NCBI GenBank assembly: GCA_051886175.1 | Contig: JBJEXV010000029.1 | Span: forward strand, 27,029-91,028 | Length of the DNA: 64,000 nucleotides | Direction of reading: 5' to 3' | From: Candidatus Coprovivens sp. | GTDB taxonomy: Bacteria > Bacillota_I > Bacilli_A > RF39 > UBA660 | In this document: piece by piece, positions 46,635-57,066 of the stretch | How positions within the stretch are numbered: position 1 is the stretch's first letter | Layout of the letters: each line of letters begins with the position of its first letter | Position numbers and translations under genes: made by a program | The notes under the pieces: generated by a model | Seen by the model: only the letters and a program-made list of their open reading frames with translations | What the model was told of the DNA's origin: nothing | Database searches by the model: none

Positions 46635-48560
46635 TTAATCCGTTCCTATTGTATCATATATTTTGAAATTTTCAAACATTAACTTGCTTACTTCTTTTGA
46701 AATATATCGATTTATTGGTGATATATAGTTATTATTTCCATCATTATACGAACTATTTGGGCTTACTACAACGATAGAATATGCTGGATTATCATATGGA
46801 GCATACATAGCATAGGTTTGATTTATAGTATTTATATCTTTGTTATAGTAGACTTCGGCAGTACCTGTTTTACCTGCTGGTTTGTATTTAGTATCGGTAT
46901 ATCCCCTACCGGTTCCGTTATGTACTACTTCTTTAAAACCTTGTTGGATTCTTGAAAAGTAACCGGTATCTTCGATAGTATTAAGTAAGTTATTTTTGTA
47001 TGTATAAATAGTTTTATCATTATTCTTTACTTCTTTTAAGTAATGTAAGGAATATCTTTTACCTGATGTAGATATGGTATTAATGTAACTAGTTAGTTGT
47101 AATGGTGTGTATGTATCATATTGACCTATTGATAGATTTAGTAATAAATCATCAGCTATAGTTGTACCTGTAATACCATATGTTTCTTTTTCTAAGTCGA
47201 TACCTGTTGAGGTACCTAAACCAAATTGTTTAAATGTATTGCGATATGTATCAAAGTGTTCTTTTGTTGCATTAATACTCATATTATTTTTATATTTATT
47301 ACCTGTTAGTTTTATAGCAGTAATAAATTGGAAATAGTTACTTGATGTTTTTAAAGCTTCAATATCGTTAATGTAACCTAGCTTTTTATGAGAACATTTC
47401 ATTGGTACTTGGTATAGTTTAACACATGAATCTAATATTTTTTTATCATATTCAATTAAGTTATTTTGATAACCTACAGTATGAGATGCTCCTTTTATTA
47501 CTGATCCAACTGTATATGATGTTGTAAATACATTAGTGGGATTGTAATGTATTTCATTATTTATTATGGAAATACCTGTACTAGCTATAATACTACCATC
47601 ATTTGGGTTACTTACTATTACATATGACGAATTATAATATTTAGTATTTTGATATTTATCTTTGTTTGATAAGTTTTTTATTATTATGTTATCTATTTCG
47701 TTTTGTATATTGATATCTAGTGTTAGATATAAATCGTTACCTGGTATTTCTTTTGTTAGTAATGTAAGGGAGTTATCTTTATTAACTTGATATGTAGCTG
47801 GTGTTCCTTTTAAGTATTGGTCATATTCTTTTTCTAAATAACTTAGACCAACTGTATCATTTAAGGAATAACCTAGTGAGAGATAATAGTCTTTATTTTC
47901 TTTTGTTATTTTACCAGTTGTACCAATAAGTTGTTTTACGGAATCGAAAAGTATTTTTCTTGTAGTAGTGTATTCACAAGTTAAACCTGGTTGATTTAAG
48001 GAATTGATATCTGCACATTCTTGATCTGATACATTTTCTTTTAATATTTTATTATCATATGAATAACCGGTATTCATTAAGTTATAAATAGTAATTATTT
48101 TTTTATCATCTTCAGTATAGTTTAATTTATCTTCTTGGATACGTGATAGTATTAATTCTTCTATTTCTTTTTTAGTTAGTTTACGATATTTAATTTGTTT
48201 TAGTTCGTTAGCAGTAAGAAGATAATCGGTATTGTTATTATTCATGTAATGTTCTTTTTGTTCTTCTAATGTAGCTGGTTCAAATAATAATATATTATTT
48301 ATTTTAGTTGCTATTTCATAATTATCATTATCTTTTATATGACGATATATGATTGTATTTGTACCAATGTTATCTACTAAAAGAACGCCATTACGGTCGT
48401 AGATACGACCTCTTGGCGAGGATGGTCCTTTAATTATTTTATTTGTTAAGGTAAGGTATTTATTTAAAGATTCTTTATGTTTTATGTAATATAAGTCGAT
48501 GTATCTAATTGAGATTATTGTTATTAGGACAAATAATGTAAAGTAATATATTTTTTTCAT
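46635..48560 (-). CDS. class B PBP, elongation type (no PASTA)
   Basis: SVIK (SxxK), SSN and KTGTAE motifs. I moved the start to MKKIYYF, which follows AGGTGA. Confidence 0.85.
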   Translation of the reverse strand: MKKIYYFTLFVLITIISIRYIDLYYIKHKESLNKYLTLTNKIIKGPSSPRGRIYDRNGVLLVDNIGTNTIIYRHIKDNDNYEIATKINNILLFEPATLEEQKEHYMNNNNTDYLLTANELKQIKYRKLTKKEIEELILSRIQEDKLNYTEDDKKIITIYNLMNTGYSYDNKILKENVSDQECADINSLNQPGLTCEYTTTRKILFDSVKQLIGTTGKITKENKDYYLSLGYSLNDTVGLSYLEKEYDQYLKGTPATYQVNKDNSLTLLTKEIPGNDLYLTLDINIQNEIDNIIIKNLSNKDKYQNTKYYNSSYVIVSNPNDGSIIASTGISIINNEIHYNPTNVFTTSYTVGSVIKGASHTVGYQNNLIEYDKKILDSCVKLYQVPMKCSHKKLGYINDIEALKTSSNYFQFITAIKLTGNKYKNNMSINATKEHFDTYRNTFKQFGLGTSTGIDLEKETYGITGTTIADDLLLNLSIGQYDTYTPLQLTSYINTISTSGKRYSLHYLKEVKNNDKTIYTYKNNLLNTIEDTGYFSRIQQGFKEVVHNGTGRGYTDTKYKPAGKTGTAEVYYNKDINTINQTYAMYAPYDNPAYSIVVVSPNSSYNDGNNNYISPINRYISKEVSKLMFENFKIYDTIGTD

Positions 48561-48623
48561 AAAATCACCTATTATTAGTATCTTAATTTTTATAAATATC
48601 ATACAATTAAGTGGGTGATAAAA

Positions 48624-48890
48624 ATGATGGTTAATTTAATAGCTATGTATATTAATAAAATGAGTATTGATGATTTTAATGGGATGGCATTGGACCAAGG
48701 TATTAATTTAAGTAAAAGTGAATTAGATTTTTCTTATAATTTTATTAAAGATAATTGGTTAGATGTATTTAATGATTATGATAGTTTTGATTTTAGTAAA
48801 TATAAGAATAAGTTTAGTGATGAAAATTATGAAAAGGTATGTAAGTTGATTGATGATATGTATTCTAAATATGGTCATTTAGTCAAATAA
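48624..48890 (+). CDS. DUF2624 (YqfT-like) protein
   Basis: Small acidic protein next to nfo, as in the B. subtilis yqfS-yqfT pair. The assignment rests mainly on synteny. Confidence 0.45.
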   Translation: MMVNLIAMYINKMSIDDFNGMALDQGINLSKSELDFSYNFIKDNWLDVFNDYDSFDFSKYKNKFSDENYEKVCKLIDDMYSKYGHLVK

Positions 48891-48912
48891 AAAGCTGGTT
48901 TTATAACCAGTT

Positions 48913-49827
48913 TTATTTTTTATAATATTCTCTTATTTTTGTTTTGCATTCTGGATCGAATTTTTTATTTCTTATCATTTCGATTTCGAATTTATATGGT
49001 GGGTAGATTCTTTCTTTTGAATCATCTGTATCACCAATGTATGGAGTTTCTAAGATGAATGGTAGATGTTCTAGTCGAGGATTGTAGATTATAGATAGTA
49101 ATGTATCGTAACCAATATATCCATCGCCAATATTAGCATGTCTATCTTTTTTAGCTCCCATTTCATTTTTTGAATCATTTACATGAACACATCCGATGTA
49201 ACTTAAATCCACTAATTCACTTAGTTCATCTAGGTAAGCATCGAAGTTTGTTAAGTCTACTCCACTGTCTGATAAATGACATGTATCTAAACAAATACCG
49301 ATTTGATCTTTTTTATTGATATGGTTGATTAGGTAGGCAATTTCTTCTTTTGAATTACCGCATTCAGTACCCTTACCTGCCATTGTTTCTAATAATATTT
49401 TACATTTAGATGATCCATCTAGTATTTTATTAATAGCATTAGCAATGTTATTTAATCCTTCTTCTTTTGTTAGACCGTTAGTAGCATTACCTGGATGAAG
49501 CACCATTTTTGTTATACCCATTGCATCACAACGAATTAATTCATTACGAATAAAATTAATACTGAAGTTGTATTTATCTTCATCGCTTGCATTACCTAAG
49601 TTAACAATATATGGTGCATGGCAGATTACGTCTTCAATGTTAATACCATTTTCTTCCATTAATATTTTTGCTTCTTCTGTGTATTTATTTTCTATTTCTT
49701 TTCTAACTGTATTTGTAGGTGCCCCTGTATAAAACATAAATGTGTTAGCACCATAACTGATTGCTTCTTTGGTAGATGTTAAAATTTGTTCTTTACCAAA
49801 TGAAACATGACTTCCTATTTTTAACAT
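48913..49827 (-). CDS. nfo: endonuclease IV
   Basis: MLKIGSHVS, HAPYIVNL, LETMAGKG and HVNDS motifs. Confidence 0.95.
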   Translation of the reverse strand: MLKIGSHVSFGKEQILTSTKEAISYGANTFMFYTGAPTNTVRKEIENKYTEEAKILMEENGINIEDVICHAPYIVNLGNASDEDKYNFSINFIRNELIRCDAMGITKMVLHPGNATNGLTKEEGLNNIANAINKILDGSSKCKILLETMAGKGTECGNSKEEIAYLINHINKKDQIGICLDTCHLSDSGVDLTNFDAYLDELSELVDLSYIGCVHVNDSKNEMGAKKDRHANIGDGYIGYDTLLSIIYNPRLEHLPFILETPYIGDTDDSKERIYPPYKFEIEMIRNKKFDPECKTKIREYYKK

Positions 49828-49864
49828 AATATCACCTAGATAAAGTATAACAAAAACGAAAAGA

Positions 49865-50428
49865 TTATTCTATCTTTTCGTTTATACATTTTTGATTATA
49901 AGTTGTAATTTTTGATAAACCACCTTTATCAGAATCAGTTCCTTTAAATGAATTAGTTGGTATATCAATTGAATCTCCTTCAAGTAAAGTTTCATCTTTT
50001 AAGTTTAGTTTATCTATCATATCTAATGAATAACCATCTATTATATATTTACCATTTGTTAACCATGCAATATAATGCATTTTGTTATTTAGATCTTTTT
50101 CAATTACTAAGTAACCTTCCCAATCTTTGTATTCGTTTTCTAAGTAATCGTTTTCTTTTAAACCTTCTAATGTAATACACATAGCGCTTGATAAACCTTC
50201 ATTACTTGGGACGATATATTCACTATTTTCTTTTTCTAAGTTACCGAATATGTTTTGTGATACTGTAATTATGTTTTCAGAATCTTTTTTGAATGTATCA
50301 ATATTTTTGTTTTTTGTACCTGTTGTTACAAGAACAATTCCTAGTAATAGTAGTACTGCTATTATTACAATTATTATTAACATTTCTAATTTACTAAAAC
50401 CTTCATTATTTAATTTCATTTTTATCAT
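49865..50428 (-). CDS. type IV pilin-like (prepilin N-terminal cleavage/methylation) protein
   Basis: NEG|FSKLEMLIIIVIIAVLL has Gly-Phe at the cleavage site, Glu at +5 and a hydrophobic helix. Confidence 0.6.
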   Translation of the reverse strand: MIKMKLNNEGFSKLEMLIIIVIIAVLLLLGIVLVTTGTKNKNIDTFKKDSENIITVSQNIFGNLEKENSEYIVPSNEGLSSAMCITLEGLKENDYLENEYKDWEGYLVIEKDLNNKMHYIAWLTNGKYIIDGYSLDMIDKLNLKDETLLEGDSIDIPTNSFKGTDSDKGGLSKITTYNQKCINEKIE

Positions 50429-50474
50429 TCCTTATATTATTAATTTTATAATAATTAGCATTAAATTACAATAT

Positions 50475-50696
50475 TCAAAATTTTATTGTACTTAATATGC
50501 TGCTAATTAATTCAATATTATCGATTGTTTCATTTATTTTGTCTGATATCCTTAAATGATATTTTTCTTTAATTATGTTTTTGAATTCTTTATAGAAGGA
50601 TGGATCACGAATTAAGTATTTTATGAAGTATGAATTTTCTTTTAAGTAATTATATAGTTTATCTTTTTTTATTTGTTCTAGTAGTCTAGGATTCAT
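50475..50696 (-). CDS. YlbE-like small protein
   Basis: 73 aa, overlapping the stop of the upstream YlbD-like ORF. Family call from memory only. Confidence 0.35.
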   Translation of the reverse strand: MNPRLLEQIKKDKLYNYLKENSYFIKYLIRDPSFYKEFKNIIKEKYHLRISDKINETIDNIELISSILSTIKF

Positions 50697-51019
50697 TCTT
50701 TAAATAATTGGTTGATTGGTCTTTCTATAGAAGGTTTTATGTTGTTTTCAATATTGTCAGATGTTTTAGTAGTTAGTTCACTTATGATATTTAGAGCTTT
50801 TTGAGCAGTTTCAATATGTTTAGTTAAAGAATCAGTATCTATTTTAGATAAGAAGTCTAAACGAGATTCGGAAGGTTTGTATTTGTTCCATATATCATTT
50901 GATTCGCCATACATATCATATATTTCGTATAGTTGTTGCCATGTAATATTGTTTTTTAGAACATAGTCGGCGAGATATGGTTTGGTGCGAACAAATTCTT
51001 TGAATGTTTCTTTGGACAT
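50693..51019 (-). CDS. YlbD-like small protein
   Basis: FKEFVRTKPYLADYV...TWQQLYEIYDMYGE pattern. Family call from memory only. Confidence 0.35.
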   Translation of the reverse strand: MSKETFKEFVRTKPYLADYVLKNNITWQQLYEIYDMYGESNDIWNKYKPSESRLDFLSKIDTDSLTKHIETAQKALNIISELTTKTSDNIENNIKPSIERPINQLFKE

Positions 51020-51066
51020 AAAAAAATCACCTATTAAAGTTTATGTTTAATAAGTGATTTATTTTA

Positions 51067-53610
51067 CTATAGTTTGAAATCGTCAATGAAATCATCTATT
51101 GTTAATTCTTGAGTCTCTTCTTTTTTCTTTGGTAATTCGATTTTTTCCTCTTCTACTGGTGTTGATGTTTGTTTTGTTTCGTCTAGTTTGCTTTCTTCAA
51201 CATCAGCGATTATGAATGCTTCTTCTACTTCATATTTAGAAATTGAACTTCCTGTAGAAGATAAATCCATAATACCAATTTCAGTTACTTTGATTTCACT
51301 AATTTCATTATCGATTTTTACACCAATTGTATTTTGAATTGATACTGGTACAGCACTAATTATTGCGTATGGATTAGTTTTTACTTTCTTCATAAGTGTT
51401 GAACCTTTTTTAGCTCTTGAACTAACTTCAAGTTCACTAATTCTTACACGTTTTGCTGTACTCTTGTTTGTTGCAATAAGTAAGTAATCTTTATCAGGTG
51501 TTGGTGATAAGCAAGTTAATACTTCATCATCTTTAACATTAATTCCTCTAACACCAGATGCTTTTGATCCAACTATTGGAATTTCGTTTGAATCGATGTT
51601 TAAGTAATTTCCGTTCTTAGTAACAAATATTGCTTTACCATTATCTTTAACAGCTGATACCATTTCATCGCCATCTTTTAGTTTCATAGCGTTGATTGTC
51701 TTAGTGTAACGACTTACTATTAATTCTTCTAATTGAGTACGTTTAGATACACCTTGTTTTGTAGTCATTATTACGTATCCCTTAGGATCATCTAGAATCA
51801 TTGAAGAAATTATTCTTTCTTCTGGAGCTAATGGGATGAAGTTACTAATATGTTTACCAAGTTCTTTCCATTTTGATTCTACTATTTCATGAATAGGAAC
51901 ATATAAGTATTGTCCTTGGTTTGTAAATAGTAATAGTGTATCTAATGTTGTTGTGCTATATAAGCCTTCAATGTGATCACCAGGTTTTAATGTAGTAGGT
52001 TCTCCATTTGCAGCGACATATGATTTTAATGGAATACGTTTTACATATCCTTCACTAGTTACAGTTACAATAACATTTTCTTTTTGAATCATTTCTTTCA
52101 TATCAATCTTAATGTCTGTAACTTCATCTCTAATTTCTGTACGACGTTCGTTACCGAAGTTTTTCTTAACTTCGTTTAGACTGTTCTTCATTTGTTTTTT
52201 AAGAACTGCTTCATCATTTAGAATTGAGTTTAAGAATTCGATCATCTTACGTAAGTTATCTTGTTCTTCTAAAAGTAAGTTAATATCAGTATTTGATAAT
52301 GAATATAATCTCATCATTACGATTGCTGTTGCTTGTTCAACAGTGAAATCGAATTTTTTGATTAAGTTATCAATTGATTCTTGTTTATTTTTAGATGCTC
52401 TAATTATTTTAATTATTTCATCAATTATATCTACAGCTTTTAAGAAACCTTCTACAATATGTAGTCTTTCTTGAGCTTTACCTAAATCGTAGTTTGTTCT
52501 TCTTAGAATAACATCTTTTTGATGAGCGATAAATGCATCTAAGATTTCTAAGATACCTACTTGTTTAGGACGACGATTTACGATAGCTACCATATTGAAG
52601 TTATAGTTAACTTGTAAATCTGTATTTTTTAATAAGTAATTTAAGATTAATTCAGCATTGGCTTCTTTTTTTAGTTCGATAACTAATTTAGCCATATGTT
52701 CTTTATCTGATTCGTCTCTTATATCGACGATGCCATCAACCTTTTTATCTATTTTAATATCTTCGATTTTTTTACGTAATTGTTCTTTTAATACTTCAAA
52801 TGGTATTTCATGGATAATTATTTGATGTGTACCACGTTCTTTTACTATTTCAGTTTTGGCTTTTACAACTACTTTGCCACGACCTGTAGAGTAAGCTTGG
52901 ATTAATCCTTCTTTACCTTCTACTACACCACCTGTTGGGAAGTCTGGTCCTTTAACAATGTTAAGTATTGTTTCTAGATGACAATTTGGATTGTCGATGC
53001 GATGAACTGTTGCATCGATTACTTCTGTTAGGTTATGGGGTGGGATGTTAGTTGCATACCCTGCTGAAATACCTGTTGACCCATTAACTAATAAGTTTGG
53101 GAAGTTTGCTGGTAATACAGTTGGTTCTAATTCTTCATCTGAATAGTTTAGAGTCATTTCTACTGCATTACGATTTATATCTTTTAACATTACTTCAGCA
53201 AGTTTTGTTAACCTTGTTTCTGTATAACGATATGCTGCTGGTCCGTCACCATCTATTGAACCGTTGTTACCATGGATATCAATAAATATTTCACGCATTT
53301 TCCATGCTTGTGACATATAGATCATTGCACCATATATTGAACTATCACCGTGTGGGTGATATTTACCCATTACATCCCCTACTGCTTTTGCACATTTACG
53401 GTAAGGTTTATCAAATGTGTTTCTATCTTCCCACATTGTATATAGTATTCTTCTTTGTACTGGTTTTAGACCATCTCTTACATCTGGTAAGGCGCGGTCT
53501 TGAATGATACTTTTTGAGTAACGACCAAATCTATCACCCATTATATCTTCTAGAGTGTAATCATATATTTTCTCGATGATTGTTTTTTCTTCTTCTTTTT
53601 TCTTTGCCAA
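51067..53610 (-). CDS. parC: DNA topoisomerase IV subunit A
   Basis: GDRFGRYSKSIIQDRALPDVRDGLKPVQRRILY is the ParC-type N-terminus rather than GyrA. It is paired with parE. Confidence 0.85.
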   Translation of the reverse strand: MAKKKEEEKTIIEKIYDYTLEDIMGDRFGRYSKSIIQDRALPDVRDGLKPVQRRILYTMWEDRNTFDKPYRKCAKAVGDVMGKYHPHGDSSIYGAMIYMSQAWKMREIFIDIHGNNGSIDGDGPAAYRYTETRLTKLAEVMLKDINRNAVEMTLNYSDEELEPTVLPANFPNLLVNGSTGISAGYATNIPPHNLTEVIDATVHRIDNPNCHLETILNIVKGPDFPTGGVVEGKEGLIQAYSTGRGKVVVKAKTEIVKERGTHQIIIHEIPFEVLKEQLRKKIEDIKIDKKVDGIVDIRDESDKEHMAKLVIELKKEANAELILNYLLKNTDLQVNYNFNMVAIVNRRPKQVGILEILDAFIAHQKDVILRRTNYDLGKAQERLHIVEGFLKAVDIIDEIIKIIRASKNKQESIDNLIKKFDFTVEQATAIVMMRLYSLSNTDINLLLEEQDNLRKMIEFLNSILNDEAVLKKQMKNSLNEVKKNFGNERRTEIRDEVTDIKIDMKEMIQKENVIVTVTSEGYVKRIPLKSYVAANGEPTTLKPGDHIEGLYSTTTLDTLLLFTNQGQYLYVPIHEIVESKWKELGKHISNFIPLAPEERIISSMILDDPKGYVIMTTKQGVSKRTQLEELIVSRYTKTINAMKLKDGDEMVSAVKDNGKAIFVTKNGNYLNIDSNEIPIVGSKASGVRGINVKDDEVLTCLSPTPDKDYLLIATNKSTAKRVRISELEVSSRAKKGSTLMKKVKTNPYAIISAVPVSIQNTIGVKIDNEISEIKVTEIGIMDLSSTGSSISKYEVEEAFIIADVEESKLDETKQTSTPVEEEKIELPKKKEETQELTIDDFIDDFKL

Positions 53611-53615
53611 TTTAA

Positions 53616-55520
53616 TTACCTCCTAAAGCTATCTTCTAATGTAAAGTCTACGTTTTCGTTTATCCATTCTTTACGAGGTTCTACTTTGTCCCCCATAAGT
53701 ACTGATACTCTTTTTTCTGCTAATGCTGCATCTGTAATACTAACTTTGATAAGACTTCTTGTTTCAGGATTCATTGTTGTTTCATATAACTCATCTGAGT
53801 TCATTTCACCTAGACCTTTAAATCTTTGTACTTTATATCCTTTAGCAGTTTTCTTTTTTTCTTCTAATTCTTCATCTGTTGCTACGTATTCTTTATATTT
53901 GCCATAGTCTAATGCGTATAAAGGAGGATTAGCTATATAAAGCATTCCTTCTTCAATTAATGGGCGCATGAATCTATAGAAGAATGTAAGTAATAGAATT
54001 TGAATATGTGCGCCATCGTCATCGGCATCGGTCATGATTATAACTTTTCCATAGTTTGATTCGCTTGGATCAAAGTCATTTCCAATTCCTGCTCCGATTG
54101 CATATGTTAATGTATTTAATTCTTCATTGCTTTGAATATCATTATTTGATGCTTTTTCGCAGTTTAAAACTTTACCTCTTAATGGTAGGATTGCTTGTGT
54201 TTCACGATTACGTCCAGTTTTTGCTGAACCACCGGCTGAATCCCCTTCGACTAAGAACAGTTCATTTTTACTATTGTCTTTTCCTGTTGCTTTAGCAAGT
54301 TTACCACTTAAGATTTTTTCTTTCTTTTCTTTTCCTTTTCCTTGACGTGCTGCTTCACGTGCTTTTCTTGCTGCTTCACGAGCTACTTTTGAACGTGAAG
54401 CTTTTTCAACAATTGAAACTGCTATTTCACGATTTTCTTCAAGGAAGAATTTCATATTTTCATATGTAATTTGTTCAGTTGCTGTACGAGCTTCTGGTGT
54501 ACCTAATTTACCTTTTGTTTGTCCTTCGAATTGTAGTAAGCTTTCAGGAACTTTTAAGTTAATTACAGCACTTAATCCTTCTCTTACGTCTGAACCATCA
54601 AAACCTTCTTTACCTTTTAATAGACCATTGTCTTTAGCATAATCATTGAAGGCTTTTGTAATACCAGTTTTAAAACCAGTTTCGTGTGAACCACCATCAC
54701 CAGTTTTTACGTTATTAACGAAACTTAAAATATTTTCATTATATCCTTCTTGGTATTGTAACGCTATTTCTACTTCAATATGTTGTTTTGAACCATTGAA
54801 GTTAATTACTTTATGTAATACTGGTTTTCCTTCGTTTATATATTCAACAAAGTTAATTAAACCATTGTCGTAATGATATTTTGCGTGTCTATCATCTTCT
54901 TCATCAACCACTTCGATTGTAATACCACTTAATAAGAATGCACTTTCTTGCATTCTTTCTGTGATAGTAGTGAAAGAAAAGTTTGTTGATTTAAATATTT
55001 CAGGATCTGGTACGAATGTTACTGTTGTACCAGTTTTATTAGTTGTACCTATTTTTGTTAATGGTTGAGCAACATGACCACCATTTTCGAATTTAATGAC
55101 ATTGATTTCGCCATCACGGTGAATTGTTACTTCCATTCTTTTACTTAAGGCATTAACAACTGATGCACCAACTCCGTGTAGACCACCTGATACTTTGTAT
55201 CCAGATTCAGAGAATTTACCACCGGCATGTAAGATAGTATAAATTACTTCTGGTGTTGACTTTCCACTTTCGTGTTTTCCTATTGGAACACCACGACCAT
55301 GGTCTTCTACTGTTAGTGAACCATCTTTATTAATTGTTATTTTTATATAATCACCATATCCATTGATACTTTCGTCGATTGCGTTATCAACAATTTCCCA
55401 AATTAAATGATGAAGACCACGTTTGTCGGTAGAACCGATATACATACCTGGTCTTTTTCTAACGGCTTCTAAGCCCTCTAATATTTTAATTGAATTTTCA
55501 TCGTACTTTGTTGTTGTCAT
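53616..55520 (-). CDS. parE: DNA topoisomerase IV subunit B
   Basis: LEGLEAVRKRPGMYIGS, the GHKL ATPase and the TOPRIM motif EGDSAGG. I moved the start to MTTTKYDE, which follows GGTGA. Confidence 0.85.
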   Translation of the reverse strand: MTTTKYDENSIKILEGLEAVRKRPGMYIGSTDKRGLHHLIWEIVDNAIDESINGYGDYIKITINKDGSLTVEDHGRGVPIGKHESGKSTPEVIYTILHAGGKFSESGYKVSGGLHGVGASVVNALSKRMEVTIHRDGEINVIKFENGGHVAQPLTKIGTTNKTGTTVTFVPDPEIFKSTNFSFTTITERMQESAFLLSGITIEVVDEEDDRHAKYHYDNGLINFVEYINEGKPVLHKVINFNGSKQHIEVEIALQYQEGYNENILSFVNNVKTGDGGSHETGFKTGITKAFNDYAKDNGLLKGKEGFDGSDVREGLSAVINLKVPESLLQFEGQTKGKLGTPEARTATEQITYENMKFFLEENREIAVSIVEKASRSKVAREAARKAREAARQGKGKEKKEKILSGKLAKATGKDNSKNELFLVEGDSAGGSAKTGRNRETQAILPLRGKVLNCEKASNNDIQSNEELNTLTYAIGAGIGNDFDPSESNYGKVIIMTDADDDGAHIQILLLTFFYRFMRPLIEEGMLYIANPPLYALDYGKYKEYVATDEELEEKKKTAKGYKVQRFKGLGEMNSDELYETTMNPETRSLIKVSITDAALAEKRVSVLMGDKVEPRKEWINENVDFTLEDSFRR

Positions 55521-55613
55521 TTTTTTCACCATTGTTAGTATAACAAAGAAAAAAGCAAAAAAAAAGGGCAATTTTGTTTTTACCCTTTTTTTAAAGCCCA
55601 TATTTACGTACTT

Positions 55614-56246
55614 TTAGACATCTTGTGGGATGCGTAATGCTGTCATTGTTTTGAATAGCATTTCATCATCTTCGTCAGATTCAAGTAATGGAATATTTAG
55701 TTTTTGAACTTCGATGATTGCATCTTCATGTAATTCGGCTACCATTGGTTCATCAAAGCTTTCATCTAGTATTTCTATTTCTTCTACGTATTCTTCTATT
55801 ATACTTTCTTGTTCTTCTTTAATTGTTTCAACGATTTGTGTATTTTCTATTTCATTAATATTAAGTATTTTAATTGGTTTACTGTTATCTAGTAATGGCT
55901 TTTCATTACTTTGTTCTACTTCAATGTTAGATGTAATATTCTCTTGTTTTATTTCTTCTTCAATACTCTTTTTAAAGTCTTCTAAGTTTTTAGTAATTGA
56001 AGGCATTTCTAATGTTATTTCTTCATTTATAATTAATTCTTCTTTTGGTGCTTCAAAAGTTATTTCTTCTTCTTTTTCAAATAGTTCTACTGGTTTTTCT
56101 TTCTTTTTATGTGCATCAAGTAGTCCTAGGATTAGAACTATAATAAATAGTAAAACCAAGAATATAGATACAGAAATAATAATTGTATCAAAATGTTTAT
56201 ATTCAAATATTGTTGTTATAATATCTGTTATTTTCATCATATTCAC
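55614..56246 (-). CDS. membrane-anchored highly acidic protein
   Basis: One TM helix followed by a Glu/Ile-rich low-complexity domain. Confidence 0.5.
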   Translation of the reverse strand: MNMMKITDIITTIFEYKHFDTIIISVSIFLVLLFIIVLILGLLDAHKKKEKPVELFEKEEEITFEAPKEELIINEEITLEMPSITKNLEDFKKSIEEEIKQENITSNIEVEQSNEKPLLDNSKPIKILNINEIENTQIVETIKEEQESIIEEYVEEIEILDESFDEPMVAELHEDAIIEVQKLNIPLLESDEDDEMLFKTMTALRIPQDV

Positions 56247-56326
56247 CTATTCTTATATTATAAGAATACCACAATTAATAAATATTTACTAGATATTAAA
56301 CAAAAAAAATAATACTTAAATAAGTA

Positions 56327-56539
56327 TTATTTATATTTGTTCATTTGATTCATAACTTGTCTAACTTGTTTTTGACTAGGTTTTCTTCCCATGCTACTCA
56401 TCATAACTTCAATCATTTTTTCATTGATTGGAGGATTATCTTGTAATTGTTTTGTAAAAACTTTTTTTGATACGAAGAATCCTATTATTAAACCTATTAT
56501 TAGACCAATTGCTACATATAGTAGATCCATCCAAACCAT
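56327..56539 (-). CDS. yneF: UPF0154 family protein YneF
   Basis: 70 aa with an N-terminal TM helix and the family motif MMSSMGRKPSQKQVRQVMNQM. Confidence 0.8.
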   Translation of the reverse strand: MVWMDLLYVAIGLIIGLIIGFFVSKKVFTKQLQDNPPINEKMIEVMMSSMGRKPSQKQVRQVMNQMNKYK

Positions 56540-56597
56540 AATTCATTCTCCTTTGCTCTTTTATTTTACTAAATTTTCTATGTAAATACTAGTATTT

Positions 56598-57008
56598 TTA
56601 AATATTGGATAGCCAAAAGTAATCTTTGTTTAGAAAATCACAAATGAATAAGTTGCTTTTTTTAGATATTATTTCAAAGAATGTTGGTACTTCTTTTGTT
56701 GTTTTTATTACTATATATCTAGGGTTGATTATCATTTTAGTTTGTTCTTCTTTATAGTAATCATTTATTTGATGGATATTTTGATATTTAGTATAAGTAT
56801 ATTGTTCTTTGTATTTTTCGTAGATGATGGAATTTAGTATTTCGGTATTAAATTTCTCGTGTATTTGTAGGAATAAGTTATTAGGACTTAATAGTTCCTT
56901 TTGATTTAAGTAATACATATCTTCAATTGTTTTATAAATGTAATATGGTTTGTTTTTAGTTAATTCAGCATAATGTTTTTTGATTTTAAATATAAAGTAT
57001 GTACGCAT
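56598..57008 (-). CDS. SirA (YneE)-like sporulation inhibitor of replication candidate
   Basis: It lies between tkt and yneF, as in B. subtilis. The C-terminal PTFFEIISKKSNLFICDFLNKDYFWL resembles my recollection of SirA (FFEVL...DF...YGWL). I moved the start to MRTYF. Confidence 0.45.
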   Translation of the reverse strand: MRTYFIFKIKKHYAELTKNKPYYIYKTIEDMYYLNQKELLSPNNLFLQIHEKFNTEILNSIIYEKYKEQYTYTKYQNIHQINDYYKEEQTKMIINPRYIVIKTTKEVPTFFEIISKKSNLFICDFLNKDYFWLSNI

Positions 57009-57013
57009 AAAAA

Positions 57014-57051
57014 ATATCACCATAGTTAGTTTAATATACTTATGGTGATAT
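57014..57051 (-). terminator. 11-bp stem hairpin plus T-run downstream of tkt
   Basis: Stem ATATCACCATA / TATGGTGATAT with a 16-nt loop. In minus sense it is followed by TTTTTT and then immediately by the ATG at 57008. The only RBS-like GGTGAT lies in the 3' arm. Confidence 0.5.
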
Positions 57052-57066
57052 TTTTGTTGAAATTTG

